From positions 21,412 through 85,411 of the forward strand of contig CAZQBU010000004.1 in NCBI GenBank assembly GCA_964592175.1: a stretch of 64,000 bases of DNA, in the 5' to 3' direction. The notes below the pieces were generated by a model. It was not told the DNA's origin. It worked only from the letters and a program-made list of their open reading frames with translations, and did not search any database. The DNA is from an uncultured Lentimicrobiaceae bacterium (lineage in GTDB: Bacteria; Bacteroidota; Bacteroidia; Bacteroidales; F082). Positions 38,703-46,265 of the stretch are shown here, one piece after another. Position numbers and translations under genes: made by a program. Position 1 is the first letter of the stretch; each line of letters opens with the position of its first letter.

Positions 38703-39509
38703 ATGAAAAAGATAAAATATTTAAGCTTTATTACCGCACTTATCCTTGTAATAACGGCTTGCGAAACCAAAGTGGTCGACCCAGCGGGTGACCGCGATGT
38801 AGCTCCCGTACCAGGAATAGTGGATTTGAACCCGGCTACCTTCGACGTATATAACCTGGAAACTACCTTTGTGAAGTTTACTGTTGTTTTAGATGACTCA
38901 AGAGTAAGTGAAGCAAAAGTGCTCGTTTCTTATAAAGGTAATAAAAAGCGTGTTGAAGTAGCAAAGGTGAGCAGCTTCCCGAAAACTTTAGAAATTACAG
39001 CAAAAGATGTGGCAGCCAAACTTGGATTACAGTTAGATGATGTGAAAGAAGCTGATGTGTTCAACTTCGAAGTACAAACTGTAGTTGGTGGCGATGTCTA
39101 TTTCTCCAGTGCAGCATTTAATGTTGCCGTAGTTTGTGCATATGATGTTGCAAATGTTTCAGGAGCATATACCGCTGTAAGTGAGGACTGGGGACTTGAA
39201 GCAGATGTTGAAATCGTGGTAGACCCGAATGATGACTATGTGCTTTATGTACACGGACTTGCTGAAGGAGACGGCCTTGTTGAAACCGGACCACTTAAGC
39301 TGGTTGTAGACGAGCTTGACTTTTCTGTTAAAGCCGGCAAATCAGTTTTAGCTGCCGATACCGAACCATGGGATCTTCCTTATACCGGATTCAACTATGA
39401 AGGCTCCGGTGAATTGAATACCTGTAACGGTACATATACATTAGCTATTACAGTAGGTGTAGACCAAGGTACTTGGGGATTGAAGAATTTCGTATTCACC
39501 AAGAAATAA
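38703..39509 (+). CDS. Hypothetical surface lipoprotein encoded downstream of SusC/SusD
   Basis: 268 aa, lipobox LVITACE and beta-rich sequence. Its position is analogous to SusE/F-like accessory lipoproteins, but I see no sequence signature. Confidence 0.45.
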   Translation: MKKIKYLSFITALILVITACETKVVDPAGDRDVAPVPGIVDLNPATFDVYNLETTFVKFTVVLDDSRVSEAKVLVSYKGNKKRVEVAKVSSFPKTLEITAKDVAAKLGLQLDDVKEADVFNFEVQTVVGGDVYFSSAAFNVAVVCAYDVANVSGAYTAVSEDWGLEADVEIVVDPNDDYVLYVHGLAEGDGLVETGPLKLVVDELDFSVKAGKSVLAADTEPWDLPYTGFNYEGSGELNTCNGTYTLAITVGVDQGTWGLKNFVFTKK

Positions 39510-39570
39510 AAACCTGAAATGAAATTGCTTGCTTGAGAAAATCAAATAGGCTATTTCTAATATATTTGTA

Positions 39571-39600
39571 AAAGGCTGCCTAATTGCTAGGCGGCCTTTT
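39571..39600 (+). terminator. Rho-independent terminator after the SusCD unit
   Basis: AAAGGCTGCCTA / TAGGCGGCCTTT, a 12-bp stem with one G-U pair and a 5-nt loop, ending in TTTT. Confidence 0.6.
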
Positions 39601-39704
39601 ACATTTTATAGCTGCCCAATAGTCTGGTTAAGGAAATGTATGAAAGAAATTTCATGGGAAAATGGATTTAAATTTTCTCCGGATAAAGCCGAAATATAGA
39701 ATGC

Positions 39705-40232
39705 TTATTGCTTTACGATTTGCTCCATGCAGCTTGGGCAAAAGTTTTTTGATTTTTGATCAATATCTTCCACATAGGTGCTTGATTGCATGACACAGTC
39801 CGGATGATGGCAGTGAATGAGCCCAAAGGAATGCCCGAGTTCGTGGTTGATTTCTTTGATGAGGCGGTCTTGTAATAATAAATCGTTCTTTTTTAAGCCA
39901 TAAAGCTCATTTTGCAAGCGGTATAGTGAAGCGATTGCCGAATTACCGTTTAAGTAGGCCTGCCCGAAAATGTATGTTAAAATTGGAATAAATAAATCTA
40001 CACTTACCAAGCCGATGGTTTTGTGCGATTTATGGTTTAATTCCTTTTCTACATAATCCAGCAGCATATTGGCATTATATTGTTTTCTGTTGGAATCGTA
40101 ATAAGGCTCAAGATCGTGAAAATGAACTTTTGTTTCTACAGTTAATTTAAACGAGTTTGACACATCTTCTGCAACAACTTCTAAAAGTTGTCTGTCAAAA
40201 TATCCTAAGCTTATTAATCGGATGACGGTCAT
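39705..40232 (-). CDS. Archaemetzincin-like zinc metallopeptidase (peptidase M54)
   Basis: 175 aa. HELGHSFGLIHCHHPDCVM then 16 residues then CPSC, which matches the archaemetzincin signature HExxHxxGxxHCxxxxCxM...CxxC. Confidence 0.85.
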   Translation of the reverse strand: MTVIRLISLGYFDRQLLEVVAEDVSNSFKLTVETKVHFHDLEPYYDSNRKQYNANMLLDYVEKELNHKSHKTIGLVSVDLFIPILTYIFGQAYLNGNSAIASLYRLQNELYGLKKNDLLLQDRLIKEINHELGHSFGLIHCHHPDCVMQSSTYVEDIDQKSKNFCPSCMEQIVKQ

Positions 40233-40282
40233 TTGGTATTTTTGAAATTTGAAAAAAGAACGGTTTTGATTCCTACTGTGTT

Positions 40283-41623
40283 TTATTCCGGTTTTTCAAT
40301 TTCATATTTCTTCATTTTATTATAAAGCGTTACCCTGTCAATGCCGAGTACCCTGGCAGTTCTGGAAATATTCCATTCATATTTTTCCAGTATCTGGTGA
40401 ATATGTTTCTTTTCCAATTCATCGAGGCTTTCAACAGTAGAAGTGTTTGCAGCTTTTGATAAGGGTAAGTCTCTTACTTTTATTTCTTTCCCATTGCCAA
40501 TCACTATGGCACGCTCAATCATATTTTCAAGCTCTCTCACATTGCCTGGAAAATCAAACTCTTGAAGACGCTCCAAAGCGGCTTTTTCAATTGTTACGAG
40601 ATTTTTGCTCATTGCGGTGCAGAATTTTTTAATAAAATGATCTACAAGCAATGGGATATCGCTTTTTCGTTCGCGTAATGCAGGTATTCGAATGTTTACC
40701 ACATTTAATCTGTAATACAAGTCTTCTCTGAAGGTGCCTGCGTCTACCATTTGTTTTAAATCACGGTTTGTGGCACATATTACGCGGAAGTCGGAAGTGA
40801 TTTGTTTGTTTCCTCCAACCCTCATAAAGCTTTTTGTTTCGAGCACACGCAGCAGTTCAATTTGCATTTTAGCAGAGATAGTAGCAATCTCATCTAAGAA
40901 AATGGTGCCGCTATCTGCCATTTCAAATCTTCCTTTACGGTTATATACTGCCCCTGTAAACGCTCCTTTTTCATGCCCAAACAGCTCGCTTTCCAATAAA
41001 CTTTCGCTCAAAGCACCGCAATGTACGCTGATAAGTGGGAAAAAGCGTCTTTGAGAGTTGGCATGTATGGCACGTGCAATAATTTCTTTTCCGGTACCGC
41101 TTTCTCCGGTCAAAATAACTGTTGCATTGGACTGTGCCACGCGTTCCACTTCTTTGAGCAGCTCTTGCATAGGCTCACTTTCTCCAATGATGTCCTCCAC
41201 ATTTTCCAAGCTAATGACCTGCTCACGTAAGCGCATATTTTCGTCTTTTAAATTCACTTGCAGTGAAGCATTTCGGATGAGGTGCGATAAATCATCCGGG
41301 TCGAAAGGCTTGGTGACATAATCGAATGCGCCATCCTTTAATGCTTGTACGGCAGTATCCACGGTGGCAAAAGCGGTCATCACGATTACAATGGCATCGG
41401 GCTTGAGGCTTTTGATGCGCTTAAGCATTTCCAAACCATCCATGCCGGGCATTTTAATATCCGTTAAGATGATGTCAAATACTTCTTCCTCAAGCATCTG
41501 CAATGCTGTTTTAGCATTTTCGGCACAGCTTACTCTATATCCGTCCTCCTGAAACCAATTGGCTAATGAGTCACGGACAGAAGATTCATCGTCTACAATA
41601 AGTAATGATATTTTTTTAGGCAT
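40283..41623 (-). CDS. Sigma-54-dependent response regulator (NtrC family: REC + AAA+ + Fis-type HTH)
   Basis: 446 aa. REC domain (LLIVDDE ... DIILTDIKMPGMDG). AAA+ Walker A GESGTGKE, GAFTGA sigma-54 contact loop and ESELFGHEKGAFTGA. C-terminal HTH ISRTARVLGIDRVTLYNKMKKY. Confidence 0.9.
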   Translation of the reverse strand: MPKKISLLIVDDESSVRDSLANWFQEDGYRVSCAENAKTALQMLEEEVFDIILTDIKMPGMDGLEMLKRIKSLKPDAIVIVMTAFATVDTAVQALKDGAFDYVTKPFDPDDLSHLIRNASLQVNLKDENMRLREQVISLENVEDIIGESEPMQELLKEVERVAQSNATVILTGESGTGKEIIARAIHANSQRRFFPLISVHCGALSESLLESELFGHEKGAFTGAVYNRKGRFEMADSGTIFLDEIATISAKMQIELLRVLETKSFMRVGGNKQITSDFRVICATNRDLKQMVDAGTFREDLYYRLNVVNIRIPALRERKSDIPLLVDHFIKKFCTAMSKNLVTIEKAALERLQEFDFPGNVRELENMIERAIVIGNGKEIKVRDLPLSKAANTSTVESLDELEKKHIHQILEKYEWNISRTARVLGIDRVTLYNKMKKYEIEKPE

Positions 41624-43313
41624 TGCTTTGTTTATTTTGATCTAATAGTGGGAAAGTGATATGAAAAGCGGTTCCTTTACCAAGCTCTGAACTGACTTCG
41701 ATTTTTGCTTTATGGCTTTGGATAATGCCATGTACAATGGCTAAACCAAGACCAATACCGCTTGCTTCATGTTTAGTAGAATAAAAAGGCTCAAAAATAT
41801 GTTCAATATTTTCCGGGTCCATGCCTCTGCCGTTATCGATAATTGAAATACGTACCGAGTTTGGATTGGGATTAAAAGTATGTAGGGTGATTTCGCCGGT
41901 GATATTCGGTTGCATTGCTTCACTGGCGTTCACTATCATTGCAATACAAGCTTGTTTAATCTGGTTTGGCGTGCATTGGATTAAATCTTCCGTTGCAGTG
42001 AAATGCTTGTTGAAGCTGATGTTTTTCATTTTCATCGGATGCTTCATCAACTCATGCGTACTTTCTAAAATATCGTGCAAATGACTGATTTCTTGATGTT
42101 CATCGTCTTTACGTGAAAAATCCAACAGCCCTTTTACGATATCACCGCAGCGTTTTGTTTCGTTTTCAATGAGTTTTAATTTGCTTAAAATACCTTGTTT
42201 CTTTTCTTCATCCAAATTGGGATTGCTAAGCTGTTTGTGTACTAATTTGGTATACACCAAAATACCTGATAAGGGATTATTCAGTTCGTGTGCTACGGAT
42301 GAAGAAAGTTTACCTAATGACGCAATACGTTCAATCTGAATGAGTTCTTGTTGCACCGAGCTCAGTTCCTCACTTTTTTTACGCACCTTATATTCTAATT
42401 GTCTCGACCAGTTTTCAAGTTCAATATTTGCGGCTTGAAGTTTGTCGAGCATTTTATTAAAAGCGTATGACACCAATTTAATATCGTCTAATTCGTCAGC
42501 CATCGGCTGTAGGCGGGTTTCGGTTTCACCCCTTGCCACCGAAAGACTTGCATCAATCAAGGCATTTAAAGGACGTTTTACATTCTTTTGGGTGAAAAAC
42601 ACCAAGAATAACGCCACTAATACGGTAATACTCAATGCAAACAAGAAATACTTGGTTGAAGACTCACGAATTGATGTGTCAAGCTGTCCCAGCGGCATCT
42701 TGATAATAAGTGAGCCCAACATGGTTTCTTCCGGGAAATGTGCATGGCAATCGGCTGTGAAGCAGGATGATTCGTTAAGTATTGGGTTTCTTATCAGCAG
42801 ATAACGCTCGTTATTGTCTGTAAGAAACATTTCGCATTTGCTTTTGCCGTCAATAATATGGTAGGTTTTTTCCTCTCCGGGAAAAATTTGATCCAAGGAG
42901 AGGTGGCAGTTCATGCAGTCCGGGTCTTCGTACTCATCTATGGGTTTGGTAGAGTAGGAGGTGTAAACCATATAGTCCGTATTGTCGTATAACTCCACCT
43001 CGTCAATACCCGAGAGTGTATTAATTAAATCTAGGGTGTTATAAAGTTCGGTTTTATCGTTGCGTAACATCGAATGATATAAAGCTCCCTCAACTATTGC
43101 TCCGACATTATTTCCGTTTTGATAAATCAAATTTTGCAGAAAATGCTCGTTAACCGTCCTGAATATAATTACATAAGTGCCTAGCAATAATGCAGATAGG
43201 GCTGCTATAATTATAACAACCCGGCTGTATATTGATGAATGAAACCGCACATATTGTTTGACGATTTTATTCTTTTTGGCTTTTGATTTCCTCCGCCACA
43301 TCCTTTTTGTCAT
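41616..43313 (-). CDS. Sensor histidine kinase with Cys/His-motif periplasmic domain, HAMP, HisKA and HATPase_c
   Basis: 565 aa. TM1 at aa 31-51. A periplasmic region of about 170 aa contains CMNCH (aa 133-137) and CFTADCH (aa 184-190). TM2 at aa 222-240, then HAMP, the H-box SSVAHELNNPLSGI and a G-box GIGLGLAIV. 8-nt overlap with the response-regulator gene. Confidence 0.85.
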   Translation of the reverse strand: MTKRMWRRKSKAKKNKIVKQYVRFHSSIYSRVVIIIAALSALLLGTYVIIFRTVNEHFLQNLIYQNGNNVGAIVEGALYHSMLRNDKTELYNTLDLINTLSGIDEVELYDNTDYMVYTSYSTKPIDEYEDPDCMNCHLSLDQIFPGEEKTYHIIDGKSKCEMFLTDNNERYLLIRNPILNESSCFTADCHAHFPEETMLGSLIIKMPLGQLDTSIRESSTKYFLFALSITVLVALFLVFFTQKNVKRPLNALIDASLSVARGETETRLQPMADELDDIKLVSYAFNKMLDKLQAANIELENWSRQLEYKVRKKSEELSSVQQELIQIERIASLGKLSSSVAHELNNPLSGILVYTKLVHKQLSNPNLDEEKKQGILSKLKLIENETKRCGDIVKGLLDFSRKDDEHQEISHLHDILESTHELMKHPMKMKNISFNKHFTATEDLIQCTPNQIKQACIAMIVNASEAMQPNITGEITLHTFNPNPNSVRISIIDNGRGMDPENIEHIFEPFYSTKHEASGIGLGLAIVHGIIQSHKAKIEVSSELGKGTAFHITFPLLDQNKQSNA

Positions 43314-43393
43314 TGTATCCTTCCTTAATTACAAAAATAGTGATTTTCAGATACAATCAGCTATTATTTGTTTAAAAATCTAAGCTACTCATT

Positions 43394-43975
43394 TCAAGAG
43401 CCACTAAACAGAAAATCTTGCGCCAAATCCTTCCATATTTCTTGAGGAAGTATCTGCAATATTTGAGGGCGTAATTCTCCGCCGTCATAAAGCACTTGCG
43501 CACTGCCTGCTTGATTATTTTTCCAAAGGGAGGCAGCTAAAAAGTCTCTGAAACGTATTGTTTCCGATTTAAACCATGCATCGGAACTTTCTTCGGCTAG
43601 GGTATGTGCTCTTTCATTAATCCAGTTGGAGGGCTTAATCGTAAATAGCCATGCTGATTCCTGCTTTGTGTCTGTATCTGCCAAAACAGCTGCTTCTTTA
43701 TTTATTGCTAAAATTTCTCCGGAAAGCGGACTAAGAATATCTAAATACTTATCTTTTTGTTGGATTTGGCCGATGTATTCACCTTTCGTTAATTTCGCCC
43801 CTTCTTGCAGCTGTGGGTTAAATTTCGCATCTCCGATGACTTTGCTTAGGAATGGTCCTAGATGAATGCGAATAGCCCCTTCCGACTCAACTATTAACTG
43901 TAAATGATTTATACTGTGGAAACTGCCTTTTTGGCTTACCAAAGAATCAAATTTATGTTTGTTTTGCTTTTTCAT
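43394..43975 (-). CDS. Soluble GcvH-like (lipoyl/swinging-arm fold) domain protein with C-terminal extension
   Basis: 193 aa. IGDAKFNPQLQEGAKLTKGEYIGQIQQKDKYLDILSPLSGEILAINKEA aligns by eye with the GcvH core (lGdivfvelPevG..v..gd.fg.vESvKa.sdlysPvSGevvevN). WLFTIKPSNW matches the GcvH GWlfkik block. Confidence 0.5.
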   Translation of the reverse strand: MKKQNKHKFDSLVSQKGSFHSINHLQLIVESEGAIRIHLGPFLSKVIGDAKFNPQLQEGAKLTKGEYIGQIQQKDKYLDILSPLSGEILAINKEAAVLADTDTKQESAWLFTIKPSNWINERAHTLAEESSDAWFKSETIRFRDFLAASLWKNNQAGSAQVLYDGGELRPQILQILPQEIWKDLAQDFLFSGS

Positions 43976-44146
43976 AAACTAATTATGCATTTAATTGTTA
44001 AAAAGAAGGCTGCCGCTTTGCCCGAATGCCAAGTTGTGGGCGTATTAGCTGACAGCCTTTATGTTTGCACGATTATCGCTTAGAACTTTTTATTTTGATT
44101 TCGCAAATGAAATATTATTAATTGATTATCAGTTCACTAAGTCAGA

Positions 44147-45643
44147 TTATTTTAAAAATTCAGCTTCGAATTCTACCCACATTTCAGGTGTCATTTCACT
44201 CATAAAGCCTGTTTTTAGTTCGCCACCGTCTTGATAAGCTACTGTTTCTAGGCTCATATACTGTTGATTAATCATGGAAGCAACAAACTCTCTCAAACGA
44301 TTAAATTCTTGTTTTACCCATTGACGATATGCATCTGCCATGAATAAAAACTCGGTTTCGCGTTTCCAGTTTGCCGGCTGAATTTTATAAATCCATGAGC
44401 TTGTCAAATCTTCATTTCCCATGATGGAATTGATGTCTTTGTTGATTTCGGTGATAACTCCCGAAACGGAAGCGATAAGCTTTACTTTTTTACCTTGGTA
44501 GTGAATGGAAGCAAGTACATCACCTTTTTTAATTTCGCTGTTGATGTCTTTGAATTCAATTTTGTCGGCTTTACCAAAGGCTTTGCGTAAAAAATCATCC
44601 AAACCGATTTTTACTTTTCCTGAAGTTTCTAAAAATGCCCAAGTATGGGTTTTGTCGTACAGCAAACCGTTTGGCGTATCCAATGCTTGTGGAGCAAAAT
44701 CTTCACTTCTATTTTCCTTAGCCATGCTGTAGCCTTTTGCTTTTCTGCTTAAGAGCAAGGTTACTACATAACCTGCAATTGCTATTCCTGCGATAATAAT
44801 GAGTAGGAGGGCAGCCCAATTATCTTTTGTAGCTGCAGATTCTTCGGTTTGAATCGGATTAATTGCTTTTACTTGTGCAATCAGTTCGTGTGGTTTTGGA
44901 TTTGCAAATCCGTGCTCGGCAAGAATTCCTTTTCCGGAAGCAAGCATCCAGCTCATATAATTAATGTCGGCTTCGCTCAACTCAAGTTCATAGCTTACAA
45001 GACTCAAGTTGTTCATCAAAATACGGGGATATTTTCCAACCCACAGTGCATGCTGTAAGCTTTCGATTGATGAATAAAAATCTTCTTGTGCATCAATTTT
45101 TCCGTTTCCGTTTCTGTCAACAGCTATAATTTGGATGGCTGCAGACGGATTTTCTTCCATGAAGCGGATATAATCGGATAAATAACAGAATCCGACTGCC
45201 GTAGGATTTTTAGTTGCCATTGCAACGAAATTTTCGATGCTTCCGGCAGCTTCTGCTTGTATACCGTTATTAAATCTGAAATTTAAATGACTAATTATAT
45301 CATCAGTAATATAGGTAATGGTGTTTTCCATAGGATTGGAAAAATATGCAAAAGGAATACCTTGTTCCATTAGCTCTACAATCTCCGGATTGTTTTGTGC
45401 GCTAATTGGAATAATTGCATCGCGTGCAATTAAAAACTGATGAATTGCTGTGCCTTCATTACGAATTAGATCGTTGTCAGTTTGAATCACTAAATTAAGT
45501 TGTGAAGCATCAATTTTATCCGAAGGGATTGCTTCGGTAACAATGCTTTCTACTTGTTCTGCTTTCGTGAAATTTGGATTGAAACTTGCAAAAGCTGTGT
45601 TGATGATCATCAGAAGGCTGAAAAGAATTAGGTTTGTTTTCAT
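44147..45643 (-). CDS. Membrane protein: signal peptide + periplasmic domain of about 250 aa (substrate-binding-protein-like) + one TM + cytoplasmic GcvH-like domain
   Basis: 498 aa. Signal peptide MKTNLILFSLLMIINTAFA, TM at aa 276-298. The GcvH-like region is aa 326-445 (44309-44668): YDKTHTWAFLETSGKVKIGLDDFLRKAFGKADKIEFKDINSEIKKGDVLASIHYQGKKVKLIASVSGVITEIN ... WIYKIQPANW. The C-terminal tail is paralogous to that of 43394..43975. Confidence 0.5.
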   Translation of the reverse strand: MKTNLILFSLLMIINTAFASFNPNFTKAEQVESIVTEAIPSDKIDASQLNLVIQTDNDLIRNEGTAIHQFLIARDAIIPISAQNNPEIVELMEQGIPFAYFSNPMENTITYITDDIISHLNFRFNNGIQAEAAGSIENFVAMATKNPTAVGFCYLSDYIRFMEENPSAAIQIIAVDRNGNGKIDAQEDFYSSIESLQHALWVGKYPRILMNNLSLVSYELELSEADINYMSWMLASGKGILAEHGFANPKPHELIAQVKAINPIQTEESAATKDNWAALLLIIIAGIAIAGYVVTLLLSRKAKGYSMAKENRSEDFAPQALDTPNGLLYDKTHTWAFLETSGKVKIGLDDFLRKAFGKADKIEFKDINSEIKKGDVLASIHYQGKKVKLIASVSGVITEINKDINSIMGNEDLTSSWIYKIQPANWKRETEFLFMADAYRQWVKQEFNRLREFVASMINQQYMSLETVAYQDGGELKTGFMSEMTPEMWVEFEAEFLK

Positions 45644-45690
45644 GATTATAATTTTTTTAGATTATTTTTTTATCAATTTACCTTTATATA

Positions 45691-45707
45691 GGCGAATACC
45701 GTGCCAA
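45691..45707 (-). promoter_or_regulatory. Candidate sigma-54 (-24/-12) promoter for the 45643..39705 operon
   Basis: The minus strand reads TTGGCACGGTATTCGCC. TGGCACG matches the -24 element exactly, the spacing is GG-N10-GC, and the -12 element is TCGC versus consensus TTGC. The -12 GC lies about 48 nt upstream of the ATG at 45643. The operon encodes a sigma-54 activator. Confidence 0.5.
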
Positions 45708-45748
45708 ACTTTGTAAAGTATCAGTAAATCAACAAGATACACTAAATA

Positions 45749-45877
45749 GTTGAAAAAATATACAACGCTAACTGTTGAAAAAATATACAGTCATATCCGG
45801 TTAGTTGCCTAAGCAATTGATAATGAACATTATAAGTTGAGTGTTTAAAAATGCAACAGCTGTTGAAAAAATATACA
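45749..45877. promoter_or_regulatory. Three perfect direct copies of GTTGAAAAAATATACA (candidate activator-binding/UAS sites)
   Basis: Copies at 45749-45764, 45774-45789 and 45862-45877; copies 2 and 3 share an extended CTGTTGAAAAAATATACA. They lie 42-170 bp upstream of the putative -24 element, in the 622-bp divergent intergenic region. Confidence 0.4.
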
Positions 45878-46265
45878 TACACTTGTAACAAATTGGAAGA
45901 CTGTGGATTGTATTAATGGATTTATTCTATTCGATGCTGTTGTGTCAATAAGTAGGATGAAAAACAAGTCCAATCTTTCTTTCCGAAAAAAACAACTTTA
46001 TTCAAACTATTACATGCTTGTTCGAGAAAAATGAGGCAAGTTGCAGATTCATGAAATATAGATTTGGAATGATTTCCTCAAGCTGCATTCGTGTATTTTA
46101 AAAATGCCAATGCTTTAACATCTAAAACTTTATCATCTGATTTTGTTGTCATCTTATTTTTAATCTTACTTAGATTAATTATAAATTGCAGGAAATCAAC
46201 AACTAAGCGATTTTATAAGCCAAACTTTGTTTAATTTAGATGCAAAATATTTGAAGGGATAGCTT

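Noticed and set aside
43976-44146. 171-bp spacer between the two GcvH-like genes, examined for a second sigma-54 promoter or structured RNA
   Set aside because: A TTGGCAT string is present on the minus strand, but the GG-N10-GC spacing fails. Only a weak long-range stem (AAGGCTG...CAGCCTT) is seen, which is not enough for a call.
45749-45877. The three 16-nt direct repeats considered as a mini CRISPR array
   Set aside because: There are only three copies, the spacing is irregular (9 and 72 nt between copies), the repeat is too short and AT-rich, and no cas genes are present. The position upstream of a sigma-54 promoter fits regulator binding sites better.
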